A stretch of 59,619 nucleotides of DNA, filler included, from Sphacelaria rigidula (Eukaryota), in assembly GCA_964200075.2 (NCBI GenBank). It is 9 parts of 9 records of this genome, joined end to end, with 100 filler letters (N's around TTAATTAATTAA, not from the genome) between each part and the next. Parts side by side here need not be neighbours in the genome. Positions count along the whole stretch, not along the records: positions 1 to 6,536 come from CAXNAA020019488.1; positions 6,637 to 13,172 come from CAXNAA020019489.1; 7 more parts are not named here. One strand, 5' to 3'. A program made the translations under genes and the position numbers. The notes under the pieces were generated by a model. That model saw nothing but the letters and a program-made list of their open reading frames with translations, made no database searches and was not told where the DNA came from. Positions 1-11,929 of the stretch are shown here, one piece after another; position 1 is the first letter of the stretch, and the number at the start of each line of letters is the position of its first letter.

Positions 1-47
1 CTGCCTTTCTGTTCTTGGGTTCAGCTACGCACCCCTTTGGGTCATCT

Positions 48-304
48 TGTAGCCAAGTGATACCAAGCCGTAGGTTTCAGTATAATCGCATGCATGATTG
101 GAGCAGTCACAGGGGACAGGGGATCCTAGATTGATGGCCTTTATCTGTGTGGCCCCTTGCTACTGGCTTGTGATTTTGTCTGTTGAGGATCACTCCGTGA
201 TCATAACAAGTGAGAAGAAAGGACTTGTCGAGCACGAGGCCACTGCTACTGGAGGAGTCCCTCGTGAATAATCCTCTTGTCCAGATTGTCTGGCAGAGGC
301 TACA
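48..304 (+). repeat. 5' LTR of element 1
   Basis: Starts TGTAGCC and ends GGCTACA (7-bp inverted termini, TG...CA). About 85% identical to 5188-5446 by hand alignment. TATAAT at 81-86. Confidence 0.9.
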
Positions 305-345
305 ATATCTAGATATTATTCTCCCGGCACTCTCTTAGAGGGGTT

Positions 346-1800
346 TTGGCTGAGGAGAGATTGGGCTGCAGCTTAGGGCCAGTTCAGCCCGCAAACAGGA
401 GGAGACCAGGCTGAAGCGCACAGCATTGGGAGAACGCTCCGTGAGCTGGAGGACGCTCAAGTCAGGCAAGAGGATCTTCGTGAAGTGTTTGGAGTTTAGA
501 CGACATGGCTCAAGCGGCGGCAGCGCCGCTGGTGTTTGGTGAGCCACAACAGCCGCCAAAGTGTGGTGAAGTATGGACCGAGGAAGCATCACGGGTTTTT
601 TTTGCAAGATACATTGATTACATACAGCGGTGGAGTCTAGTGAATTCAGAAGGGATCATACGGCATGAGAGGGTGAGCATCGGTCAACGTATCCCTACAT
701 ACATTCACCGCTGCTTAAAAGACATGTACAAGGACGGTCGGGCTATGACCTCCGATGAATTGCTTGATGCTGTGAAGCAGCATGCCGGGTATACTACAAC
801 CGGGGGAAAGTATGACGCTACGCGGGCTGCAGCAGACCTGCATAGGTTACTTACAATGGAGCAAAGTGATAGAAAGTCTGTGAAGGATCGTGCTATGATG
901 GTTGGCTCAGACATGGAAAGGAGTTTTGCTGAAAATCTGATGGTGCAAGCAATGTACCGTGCGGAGGGCAGGAGTTGATTACCTGGCCCGGCCGAGTCGG
1001 TGTCCATAGCTTTGGTGGATGGGATTTCGCCCCCGGAATTGAAGGCGTATGTTAGAAGTGTACTAACGTATGTTGACGGCTTGAAAAAAACCCGATGGTG
1101 GTGTTCAAAAACATATTTGAGGCGGCCGACCAGTGGAAGTTCTTCGAAGCACATGACCGGCGCGACTCTGCAACAAGTGCAGGTGGTATGCGCCGCAAAT
1201 AGCAACAGCAACAGAAACAGCTGCCGTCTTCGCGAGAGTCGTCCACTCGCGTGTGTTACAACTGCGGCGATACCGGACATACATATGGTCAAGGACTGCC
1301 CCAAGCCTCGCGCTCAAGGCGTGGCACAGGGCAATGCACGAGATTTATCAGGATCTCGGGGCGGTCGTCACGGTGGACGGGGCCGTGCCAATCAGGGACG
1401 CGGGCGCGGCGGCCGCGGTAGCAAGCAATCGGCGGCGGGTGGTGGTTCCTCCGCTGCTGTTTCTTCCTCTACGTCATCAGGTGGTGACTCTGGATCTTAT
1501 GATTCGTCCGTAGCGGGGCGGACAGTGTACGTGGGAAACGCAAATACTTCGGCGGGGAGAGCTGGAGCGAATAGCTCGCAACCCATCGGCCAGGCAAGAT
1601 CCGTGTCTGGTACATTCCCTACTGCTGCGACGGCTGTAACAACGTCGTCTGCATATTCGGCGACTTCGTCTGGTTGGACCGAAGATTCGCAGCTATCGAT
1701 GCCAAGTGCTGGAGGGCAGCCCTGGCGTCAGGTGACTCTTGGTACCGACCAGGGTTCTTCGGCAGGCGTGTTACCTGTCGATCGCAAGGCTGAATGCTTA
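346..1800 (+). pseudogene. gag of element 1 (disrupted)
   Basis: ORF pieces 505-978 and 1000-2055. Removing a duplicated CATA at ~1278-1286 restores the knuckle CYNCGDTGHMVKDC, followed by an RGG-rich tract. Start position uncertain. Confidence 0.75.
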
Positions 1801-4800
1801 CGCGCAGATTTAACCCTGCCTGGTTCTGTAGGTTCGTTCATGGCCCGCGTTATTCTGGATTCTGGGTCCGCTCTCACGTCGATCAGTGTGGGGTTGCTTG
1901 AGCAAATGTCTTCGCAGTTTGGCGGCGCTCAGCTTCAGATTCCGTTTGAAAACGGACCGCAAACGGTGCAGACCGCCACGGGTGCTTCCGTGACGGTTAC
2001 ACACAAATCGGCACCAATTACTGTTAGCGTGCGTACGCCGTGGGGGGCTGTGTAGTTGCAGCCCATTACTTTCCCTGTCATGCCCGGTAGGGACAACGTG
2101 GTTCTATTTGGCATGGCGACAACCAAGGAACTTGGAATCGATCTATATCCGCTGGTGTTGGAGAAGTTACGTCCGCGTGCTGTGCCGGTGCAAACCGGCG
2201 TGGAAACCCCAGTTACCGTGCTGCAAGGCGTGTGATCGTATCCATACGGTCATTCCAGAGCAAAGATGAGGAGGAGGTTCCTGCCGATGAAGCGGTAGAG
2301 CGCTTGGTCGACCGTGGGCCTGATATGTTCATGGACCCAGCAGAGGAGAGAGGTGTACGGGAGCGTGCGCTTGAGGATAGCGTGCGGCAGGCCGAGCAGA
2401 AGGGCCTGAGCGCCGATGGCGCACATTGTCTGCGCGATATTTTGGCTCATCGCGTAGATACATTTCGCCGTGCGCTGCGTGGTGATCCGCCAGCGCGTGT
2501 TGAGCCCATGAGGGTGCAGCTTAAGCCCCAGGCAAATGCGGTGAAGGCCAAGCCCAGACAGTACGATCCGGTGAAGACCGGGTGACTTGCCTGATGCATC
2601 GCAGCTTTGGTGGCGTTTGGTTTAGTGGTGAGGAACATCCAGGCTGTGTGGGCGAGTCCGGTGATGGCGGTGCCGAAAACGAACACATTATGTTTGGTCA
2701 GTGACTATCAGGCGGTGAACGCGCAAGTGGAACAGTCTCCGGGGGTGATGCCAAGCCAAGAAGACATGCGGGAGTGTCTAGGAGCCTAATGCTTCGGCAA
2801 GTTGGACCTGCTACAGGGGTATTGGCAGATGCCTCTGGCGCCGGATGCTCAGAAAATCTTCACGATCGTCACGCCGAACGATTTGTTTACGCCTACTCGT
2901 GTCCCGCAGGGCGTGTTGGACTCCACGGCGTATTTCCAAGGTGTGCTGACTGATATTTGCGAGGTCTAGATTGTAAAGTGTGGGTGGATGACGTTTTCTA
3001 TTTCGCTGAAACCGAAGAAGCACTGTTCGCTTTGCTTGACGAAATTCTTGGCCGCTTGGAGAGTGTTGGTCTGTTCGTCGCTGCGCATAAGTGTAGTTTT
3101 TTCGCCCGCGAAGTGGTTTGGTGTGGTAAGGTGTACTCCAAGGGTACTGTTTCGCATGATCCCGTTCGTGTTCAAGGTTGAGCAATATGCAACGTCCTCA
3201 AAACGCTAGTGAGCTGATGCAGTTTCTGCAGGCGGTGAATTGGTTGCGGACTTCGCTCCCGTGCATGGCGGGAGCAGTTGCTCCGCTTCGAATATTTTTG
3301 GAACAACTCATGGCCGGGGCTTCGCGTCGGACCAAGCGGGCGACGCGTCATCGTACCATTCCTGAGGACACTTGGACGGAGGATCGTATGCGGGCATGGC
3401 GTGCTGCGCAAGATTTGGTGGCGCAAGCGGTGCCGCTGTATCATCCTCGTCCAGGGTGCGTTGTTCTCATGTTTCCAGATGCTCCGGATTTTCACTGGGG
3501 TAGTTTTTATACGCAAGTGCCTGTGGCAGAGTTTAGTAGTGGCATTGCGCATGTCACACGAACCGTTGGCTTCTCTGAGTGGTAGTTTTAAGGGTTCACA
3601 GTTGCGGTGGACGACAGTGGACAAGGAAGGTTCCGCGATAGCCAATACATTTCGAAGGCTGGAGTTCTTGTTTTGGGATGGTGTCCGCATTTTTACCGAT
3701 CATCGCAATCCTAAGTACATGTTTAACCCCGAAGAGTGTGTCACATCGGTGACGAAGGCCATAGCACAACAGCTTGAAAATTGGACAGGAGTACTAGCCC
3801 AATATCGGTATGCCATTGAACACATTCCTGGAGAGCGCAATTGTTGTTTCCGCGAGTTCGTTCGCCAGTGTTTGCATTGTGTAGACACTCGTGCTGGTGA
3901 GATTGTACCTCGCCCGTATGGCGATACTGTGCACGGTACTGCGCCAGGTGAAGTTGTTCATTTTTATTTTCTGTACGTCGGAAGTAGCGGACCTGAAGGT
4001 GCTAATGGTTTGCCTGAGGAGGATGATTTTCGGTACGTTTAAGTCATGGATGATTTGTCCAATTTCGTTTGCTTGGAGCCGACCGAGGCTTGCACCGCCG
4101 AGGTTACGGCTAAGCACTTGCTTCATAGGTGCAAGACTTTGGGGGTGCCGCGTGTTTAGGTTGGTGATACCGCCAAGCACTTCAAGAACTGAGTGATCGC
4201 GCAGCTGAGCGATGCGCTGAAGGTGCAACACCAATTTGCTGTTGCGTATATCCCTTGGTCAAATGGTGCTTGTGAACGCATGGTGAAAGGGGTTATTCGT
4301 GCGTTGCGGTCTAGTTTGTAACAGCGGCGGCCAGTGTCTGAATGGGTTGATGTTTCGCCAGCTGCTCAGTGGGCGTTGAATACTTCTTTTCGTGAACGCT
4401 ACCGTAACACTCCGTATCGTGTGATGTTTGGGCGTACGCTGCGCACAGCGTTTTCCGCGCCGGCTTCTGTCACTGGTGGCGAGTGGAACGTCGATGTCAT
4501 GGATCTTGATTTGTTGCGTGACAAGGTCCGAGGCGTGGTTGACGAGCAAGTGCGATTTTGTGAGGAAGTGCAAGCTGCTGTCGCGGTGTCTCGCGAAAAA
4601 AAACGCAAGCTTGCTCAGGGCCAGGCTGTCTTGCCCAAGGTTGCAGTTGGAGATTTCGTATTGTATGCCCGTGTTCGTGAGCAAGGTGTGGCACCGAAGT
4701 TGATGTCCAAGTGGATACGCCCGTGGCGAGTGGTCGGAGCCGATCACGCTCACGTGTATTCGGTGCAGATCATTGTTTCTGGCGCCGTGCACTCGACTCA

Positions 4801-5080
4801 TGTCGCTCGTTTACGTTTCTATGCTGACTCGCAGTTGCACATCACTGCGGAACTAAAGGGTGTATTTCAGCATTCGTATGCCCAAGGTAAATGTCGGATG
4901 AATGCTTTGGTGCACGTCACTGAGGATGGCAATGGTGATGTCATTGTTTGGTCGATTGGGAAGGGTTCGGTGCTGAAGAACGCACGTGAGAGTTTCTTCG
5001 CAAGGTTCGTTATTCTGCGCCTGTGATTATTTTGAAGGAACTGCGAAAAATGCGGTTGACACTGTTTCTGACCAGTAAAT
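1801..5080 (+). pseudogene. pol of element 1: aspartic protease, RT, RNase H, integrase, chromodomain-like tail (disrupted)
   Basis: VILDSGS; SPVMAVPK...LVSDYQAVN; KVWVDDVFY; HKCSFF...WCG; MFPDA; RIFTDHRN; PWSNGACERM; VDWEGFGAEERT*E at 4951-4992. Confidence 0.9.
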
Positions 5081-5187
5081 TAGCGTCGGAGCATGGTATC
5101 TCTTTGTGATCTGGCGCGTGCGACTTCGTCTTGGTTTTTGTTGGTTGTCAAGTTCGTTCGTTTGTCTTGAACTCGCTGTGGGGGTGC

Positions 5188-5446
5188 TGTAGCCAAATGA
5201 TACCAAGCCGTAGGTGTCAGTATAATCGCATGCATGATTGGAGCAGTGGCAGGGGACTGGGGATCGTGGATTGATGACCCTCATCTGTGTGACGCCTTGC
5301 TGTCTAGCTCTTGATGTGGTCGGTTTCTGAACCACTCCGTGGTAGTAACAAGTGAGAAGAAAGGACCTATCGAGCACGAGGCCAGTGCTGCTGGAGGAAT
5401 CCCTCGTGGATAGCCATCTTGTCCAGATCGTCTGGCAGAGGCTATA
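5188..5446 (+). repeat. 3' LTR of element 1
   Basis: TGTAGCC...GGCTATA (terminal CA changed to TA). Preceded by a G-rich, PPT-like GTGGGGGTGC at 5178-5187. Confidence 0.9.
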
Positions 5447-6208
5447 AGGCACAGCTCAGGAGTCGTCCAGTAGGGTGCATCAAGTACGAGCAGTACAGTA
5501 CCGCCACACAGTATACACGCAGGTGCAGAGCACAACAGTGCAATGATATATTATGCTCAGACAAACGTCCAACTCCTAAGGAATGCTATGAGTTCCATAG
5601 CAGTGAGGCGGACAAAGTACGTGACTGTAGTATCACGGTACACACGAGATGCATAACACAAGAGTGTGACGAGAAGTTCAGCAATCGGAAATATGCGGCA
5701 CTGTCGTGCGTCGCAATCGGAGAAATGCTGCGCTGTCATGCGTCACAAAATGATAGATGTACTGTATATACCCCGACAGTGGTGCAACTTGGATCACACT
5801 TGCAATCCAAGCCAGCACAACCAACGCAGGGTATAGTATAGAAAACAGTATCATGATGTTGCACGCTCTCTCATCTCTCACTACTCGTCGCGTGGTCGAG
5901 TATGCATGACTTGCCACTGCTAGCTCGGAAACGAAAATGCTTCGTGTTCATTGTTCACAATTTGAAGATTCTATACTCGCTAACTTCCATCCTCCATCCG
6001 TGTACGATACACACCGACAAATCATCAAGGGAAAATAGTAGGTGCTGCTTTGTGTACCTGGAGAAGCACAGACAACGGAGGTAGAGAGCGTGGCGTGTAC
6101 CGGGACAGACAACATCATGGCGACGATACCATGTTCTGCTGTTCGTTACTTTTGTTTAGTCCATCGCTACCACCATGTGCGCTGCGACGTGTCTACAGCG
6201 AAGAACAG

Positions 6209-6267
6209 CCGATTTTAGATTTTGGGGTTCAACACTAAAATGGGGCTGAAGTCGCATTTTTCTATTG
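6209..6267 (+). repeat. Dispersed repeat, also present at 59561-59619
   Basis: GCCGATTTTAGATTTTGGGGTTCAACACTAAAATGGGGCTGAAGTCGCAT aligns with GCCGATCCTAATTTTTGGGGTTGAAACATAAAATGAGGTTGAAGTCCCAT on a different contig. Confidence 0.7.
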
Positions 6268-6333
6268 CAGGGAAGATACGAAAGAGTAATACAGAGCGTA
6301 AGTATCTTCCCCCCCCAAACTCCGCAGGAGGGC

Positions 6334-6447
6334 TTGACCGTCAGACCGCGAGAGTAGGTCACCTGCTGAATCGGCATCAATATTCACTTGGAAAAAAAGT
6401 ACACGCGTGGTCCAGATGGACTACGGGCACCGCGGTCCAAGGGTTAA
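6334..6447. mobile_element. ~110-bp piggyBac-like MITE (second copy at 23146-23252)
   Basis: Ends CGCGGTCCAAGGG-TTAA. The other copy starts TTAA-CCCTTAGA. Shared core GCGAGAGTAGGTCA...TCCAGATGGACTAC. Confidence 0.55.
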
Positions 6448-6455
6448 GCAACTCT

Positions 6456-6536
6456 GGCTAGGTGCACCCAACGAAATGCGGTGTACACGCGTGTCGATGA
6501 CGATATCACCAGAGAGAGAAGCAACGACAGAGAGGA
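6456..6536 (+). repeat. Dispersed repeat, also present at 54333-54418
   Basis: GTACACGCGTGTCG...ATGACGATATC(A/G)CCAGAGAGAGAAGCAA(C/T)GACAGAGAGGA is shared between contigs 1 and 9. Confidence 0.75.
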
Positions 6537-6636
6537 NNNNNNNNNNNNNNNNNNNNNNNNNNNNNNNNNNNNNNNNNNNNTTAATTAATTAANNNNNNNN
6601 NNNNNNNNNNNNNNNNNNNNNNNNNNNNNNNNNNNN
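6537..6636. other. Artificial contig linker. Identical linkers at 13173-13272, 19809-19908, 26445-26544, 33080-33179, 39715-39814, 46350-46449 and 52985-53084
   Basis: 44 N + TTAATTAATTAA (stop codons in all six frames) + 44 N. Linkers are spaced exactly 6636 or 6635 bp apart. Confidence 0.98.
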
Positions 6637-6709
6637 AAACCTTGTCAAATGTCCTAAAAGTGGGAAATACGAGCCAAACAAAATACGAACCGGAAGAAAC
6701 GGCGTAAGG

Positions 6710-6953
6710 TTGAAAACCAATTTTGGGGGATTTCAGTTGACCGATCGGACGCCAAAATTGTTTTTTCACCCTGGACCCCGATATTTCGGTTATCGTAATC
6801 ATATTTTGTTGGGCGTGTAGTTGTCGTCAATAGCTATCAGCAAGTGAAGAAATGGAGCCATTCTTCGAAGATCTTGTGTGGATAGGGAGATAGTAATTCT
6901 CCGGGTTTTCATCCCCAATGAAACCTCCACCCCCACTTTGTAAAATCCCGTGT
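6710..6953. mobile_element. Right half of a foldback MITE of the family at 37976-38848
   Basis: Ends TTTGTAAAATCCCGTGT and matches 38500-38757 along its length. Confidence 0.8.
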
Positions 6954-9580
6954 TTCGTGCATGACACCTCGCAACACGAAACGCTCGCGCCCGCTCCGAC
7001 TGAAATGATTCGTTCCCTGACTGACCGCTTTTCACTCTCAATCGTATACAGACTTCTTTTGGCGTCCGATAAGTCTCCATATGGCCACTGACGTGGGCTT
7101 CATCGCCACCCGACCCCTGCTCCCGATTTCCTCACTATGTTGGCGGTGAAACCAGATAGTAGCGCAGCAGACAGTGAGGAGGAGGCGGATACTGAGAGCT
7201 TGCCGGAGCCCGGGGACTTCTGAGCGGACAAGAGCACTCACCTGCAGCGGCGCGGTGAGCACTTAATGATTTCCGTTTTTTGCAATATGTACCCGGAGCT
7301 AGAATGGAATCAACGTGCATGCTAATAGCGAGACGGCACAGCACATCCCTCGATAAACGGCAGACCGTGTCCGTATCACCCGGCATAGAGAAGTCGAGGA
7401 TTGCGTCCTATTCCCATCTGCTTCTTGGAATACCTGTCGCCCGTAGGACTCCCGGATGCTGACGACGCATTCATTTCTTTACATGCAAAAAATAAAATCA
7501 TCGTGGACAGACTAGCACCCTTACCGTTTGTGTTTGCGTTATTGCCACGAGTAGTATTTCCGCGCATCATGCGCTTGTCTCCAAACAGTGGTCACAGGCG
7601 TGTGGTGGTTTGTCGATATCATGCCTCGACACCCGTGGCAAGAGATGGCGCTGGAGTGGTATGTTCACAGACTCCCGATACACCTAAAAATGAAAACACA
7701 CGATCAGAAAATGAAATGAAGATTAGAACCGTCAACATGCAGGGGAGGCGCACCCCCCACACGTTCATCTCTTGAACGTAACCCAGATACTAGGACTTGA
7801 GTTATTTTCCGATAAAGTGTAGCGGAAAAAAAGGAAAGAAAATCATATCTGGCATACTTGTCTAGAAAGGGTGTGGGAGGCGTACAAAACTCACGGAAAT
7901 TGTGTGGCAGGATATGGAGATTGCACAGCAAACCGCACCCGCAACCGGGTATGACACGAAGAGCGTACCCGGTCTCCTGGTGACGGTACGGGACGCTTAC
8001 AGAACTCTTACAATTATCAGATGAGGGTTTGAAAGTGTTGAAGAGTTCTCAGAACTGTCGGGTGCCAGCATGAATTCGTCGGGCACGGTAATTTATTGCT
8101 TGATTGATTTGATGGTCGCGCTTGAAGTGACCCTCCAGGGATTCGGCGGTAGTCGCATGATGGACGCGCCCAAGCCACAACAAAAGTCAAAACCGACCCT
8201 GAAAACCGCTAGAAACAGCAAAAAAGAAGAACAGGACGGTTTAATAGACTAAGACGTGAACAAATAAAAATTAAAACATAGTACAAGGTAGTAAATACCC
8301 GGGAAAATGCCTCGGCTGTACAGAAAACTGTACCCTACAGAACATGACCTTGGAGAACCGCACGGCGACGAGAGGAGGCGCGCGCGCAAGTCACGGAAAA
8401 TCGCCGCAGATGAGAGTATTTATAAAATTTCCTACAGTTGTGAACATTGGGTCTGCCATAGTGAACCTTCATGCCGAAAAATCACCGGAATTGAAGACGC
8501 CACACCACTGCCGTGCGCTCTTGTTACTGGGACTGGTGCAGGTATTCACGTCGGGCAGGTCTAACGTTTTACTGATTGTCCATGGGACGACGGGCGCCGC
8601 CGGATGGCAGGACGTGACGGTTGACGGGAGGAAGTGCGGCCGTCATGACGGGGCCGATGAAGTTATGCTGTAAAAACGCCGGTCACCCGGTGGTTCTGCC
8701 GCGCAGATCCCAACGTCAGGACCCGGCGGCGAGTTTACTTGACGACCGTGCTGAACGTGCCACAGCCCGCCCGTCGAGTGTGATGCCCGGCTAACTGTTG
8801 GGTGGTATGGTGGTGGCGATTGCCACGACAGACAAGGGCAATTTGTGTGGAAGCGCCCAGAGTTGCGGGCCGCACAGTGCGACGGCACTTGTGCGGGCGC
8901 GGGGGCGGGATGTAGGCGAGGATTTTCATGTAGCGCAATGGCGCCGCCGTGCAGGGGCGTCGTTAGTATTGTTGGCGCGGTGCTGTACGGTAACACTCAT
9001 TCCAGGTTGTATCAGTCATCGAGCGTGTACCTCTGTTGCGTTTTGCGACATGTATGCTCGTGCGGTGTGCACGGCTTGTTACCGCCAAGCGATCGCGTGC
9101 GCACCGACGATCCCCTCTCTTTTCTCCTCCTTCATTTTCGTTGTATTTTTACCACTTTAATTCAATTTTGTTCTTCTGTTTCGGTATCGCTTCTGTGTGA
9201 TTTATTTTTCGTACGATTGTGGAGAATGCCTCTTTGCAGTGACGTATCAGAGACTGATGTCACACATGTATAAAGAGCCAGAGCAAGCAGGGACAAGGTG
9301 GGAACGGTCCGAATAGACCAGGTTACCGAGGACCCTGTAATGCCAACGAAAGTAGACAACTCGGGGTGATGCCAGGAAGAGCCTAATATTCAGGACGGCC
9401 CAACATCCCTCGAGGAACTGGCCGCCCACGGCGACCACTCTCTGTCTGACCCAACTTCTTGCCCACATCTCACAAGAGGAAGTTATCGTCAGCTTCGGAG
9501 TTCTTTCGGCATCAGGGCGACATCTCTCGGGACAGCCTCCTCCTTAGTCTGTCCCCCCCTTCGATACGTCTTCCTTACAT

Positions 9581-9598
9581 TGGCGACGCCAGAACAGA
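9581..9598 (+). promoter_or_regulatory. Primer-binding site of element 2
   Basis: TGG-initiated TGGCGACGCCAGAACAGA one base after a CA end. The cognate tRNA is not identified. Confidence 0.6.
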
Positions 9599-11929
9599 AC
9601 TCAAGTAAGACATTTAGTAGAAGGGCACACATCTTCCACCATGCCGAGAAAGAAATCAGCCCACAAAAAAATCATCGAGACACCTACAGAGGGAAGGGTC
9701 ACCTCGAGGACCTTCGAGCATCCCACCACGGCCGTCACGCCATCAGCTTCCAACTCGGCGGCGAAAGCGGTAGAGTCCAGAGGCGCAGCCCAACCAGTAG
9801 CACCTACGCCGGCCGACACGACTCTGCCCACCCAACCTCCGTACAGCCACGAGGGGGAAAGCGACAGCGACAACTCTGACGACTGAGTGGAGCACGGATA
9901 TCCGTCAGGTGTCCACCGGAAGGTTCGATATGCTACGCGATCCCACCACATTATTCTCATCCTCTATGCCAACCCCGACACCACAGCCCTCCATCAAGGA
10001 AAAGGCAGCAGAGCTCGCATTTAGGGCACTGGAGAGGAGCGATGAGGAGGGTACGGAGCCAGCTCCGTGGGTAATGCAGGCATTGGGGGTTTTGGTATCA
10101 CAGGACAAAGGAGTTTCACAGGTATCGAAATCTTGCGACCCAGTAGCATCCGAAATAGTACACGCAAGTAATAGTACGATGCTACAGAACAATACGAGTA
10201 AACCCCAGGATAGTGTCAATGATCCGGTCGATAATTTCGAAGTCGAACTGTCTGACACTACGCCGATCCGATCCACAGAGAGCTCTGGGACTTTGACGTT
10301 GAATCTGTCAACAAGCCTCACTAACGTACAAGAGAACAGCCACAATGTAGAGTCTCTGTCTAGTTCAGTGCTGACTCCGCCATCTACAAGCCATAGTAGC
10401 ACCATGAGAACTCAATTTTTTTCGATGAAATAATCGGATCTCCCATCAACGTTAATCCTAGATGGGAAGCGGAGTGAGGACGTGCCGGCAATTCTCGGCG
10501 CGTTTCTCAATCGAGTTAGGATTCATGGCCCTGACGATTGCACAGAATCCACGGTACAACGGCACGCCATAAAACACTTACCACGTATCCTAAGAGGGTC
10601 AGCAGAAGAGTTGTACACCCCCCTCGGAAGCGCAAAAGTAGAGTGGCTTCCACTAGCTGTACTACAATACAAGAAATCGAGAGGAAAGGATACTGCATCC
10701 ATCGCCGCGAAAACTTGCACAGAATGAGTAGCGGCCTACACCTATCGCTTCTCTCCACCAAACCAACTAGCACTGTTAGCCCGTGCGATAGCCGATCTAA
10801 AACGGAAAGATCACAACGTAGACGACTATGCGCTGGAGTGTACGACTTCGATGGACAGATTCGTGACCGAGGCTTTGCGAGTGAAATTCCCCGGTCACGA
10901 CACAGTTCGGTTCATAATAGACGTGTTCGCAACAGCAGCATTTGAGATCGGGCTCAAACCCCGTATCAGAGTTGAAATGGTGAGAGAAGAGAGTACGCTC
11001 GACTTCCAAACTGCGACAGTGCGAGGGAAAAAACACGGACAAAACAACCTCCGCACATGGCCAAATCAAACCGGAGGTACTCCCCATGCCTCGGCCACAA
11101 CGGTGAATTCCCCACGTTCACAGATAGCGGAAATGATAGCCGATCATGGCACAATCCTTACGGACCTCCAGTCGCAGTTAAAAGCGATCAAAGGGGAGAG
11201 AGGAAGAGCGGAGAAATGGCCTGCTAGCAGGGATAGGAGCGCGAGTAGATCAGGGGGAGAGATGAAAAAAGTATCCTTCAAAGACAGTATCGATAAGAGT
11301 ACATCCAATGACAAGCAGTTGAGCGGTAAAACAAAAAATCGGGCCGTTGTGAGTACGCACCATGCAGTTACAATAACACACACGAGACAGCAGATTGCCG
11401 CCTTATGCAGAGCCATGTAGAGTTTGCTAAACAGTGCAACCCGTGAAGACGCCCAAGAGAGGACCCCTCGTCTGATCAAGGCAGAAACGGTAAATCCTTA
11501 CGTAAAAAATCGAGCGAAACAGAAGGACATGAAATCGCCAACCCTCCGGCTCGTAAGATGGGAGAGTTTCATTTTTCTGACAGTACAGCGGACCAACCGC
11601 GGAGAATGCGTATGAGGTCTCTGGTACCGGTCAACCACGTGCGAGATGAGCGAGAGCAGGAGCATAGCAGCAGAGGGCAGAGTACAAATAGCAAATGCAT
11701 CGAACAGACGCAACGTATATTTTGAGCTCCGCAGGCGGCTTTTGTGAGTAACTCATCGCAGAAAAGTAAAAAATCGATACACCAATCTTCATTTTCACAC
11801 CCGATCTTGAATGATCACTGTTATGACTCTTACAATGCATCATCGCTTGCCAGGCGTACAGATGCGCCTTCAGCGCTATCCTGTGCATCAGCCCGTGTGA
11901 GAGTCGTAGCCAGAGTAAACAGCACCCCC

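Larger units (their letters stand above)
48..5446 (+). mobile_element. Decayed near full-length Ty3/Gypsy LTR retrotransposon (chromovirus-like), order gag-PR-RT-RH-IN-chromodomain
   Basis: Two related LTRs (48-304, 5188-5446). Internal motifs in Gypsy order: CCHC knuckle ~1253-1300, ILDSG protease ~1850, LDLLQGYWQ and WVDD RT at 2800-2995, FPDA and FTDHRN RNase H at 3470-3710, integrase CLHC, MDD and PWSNGACERM at 3870-4285. Many stops and frameshifts. Confidence 0.95.
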
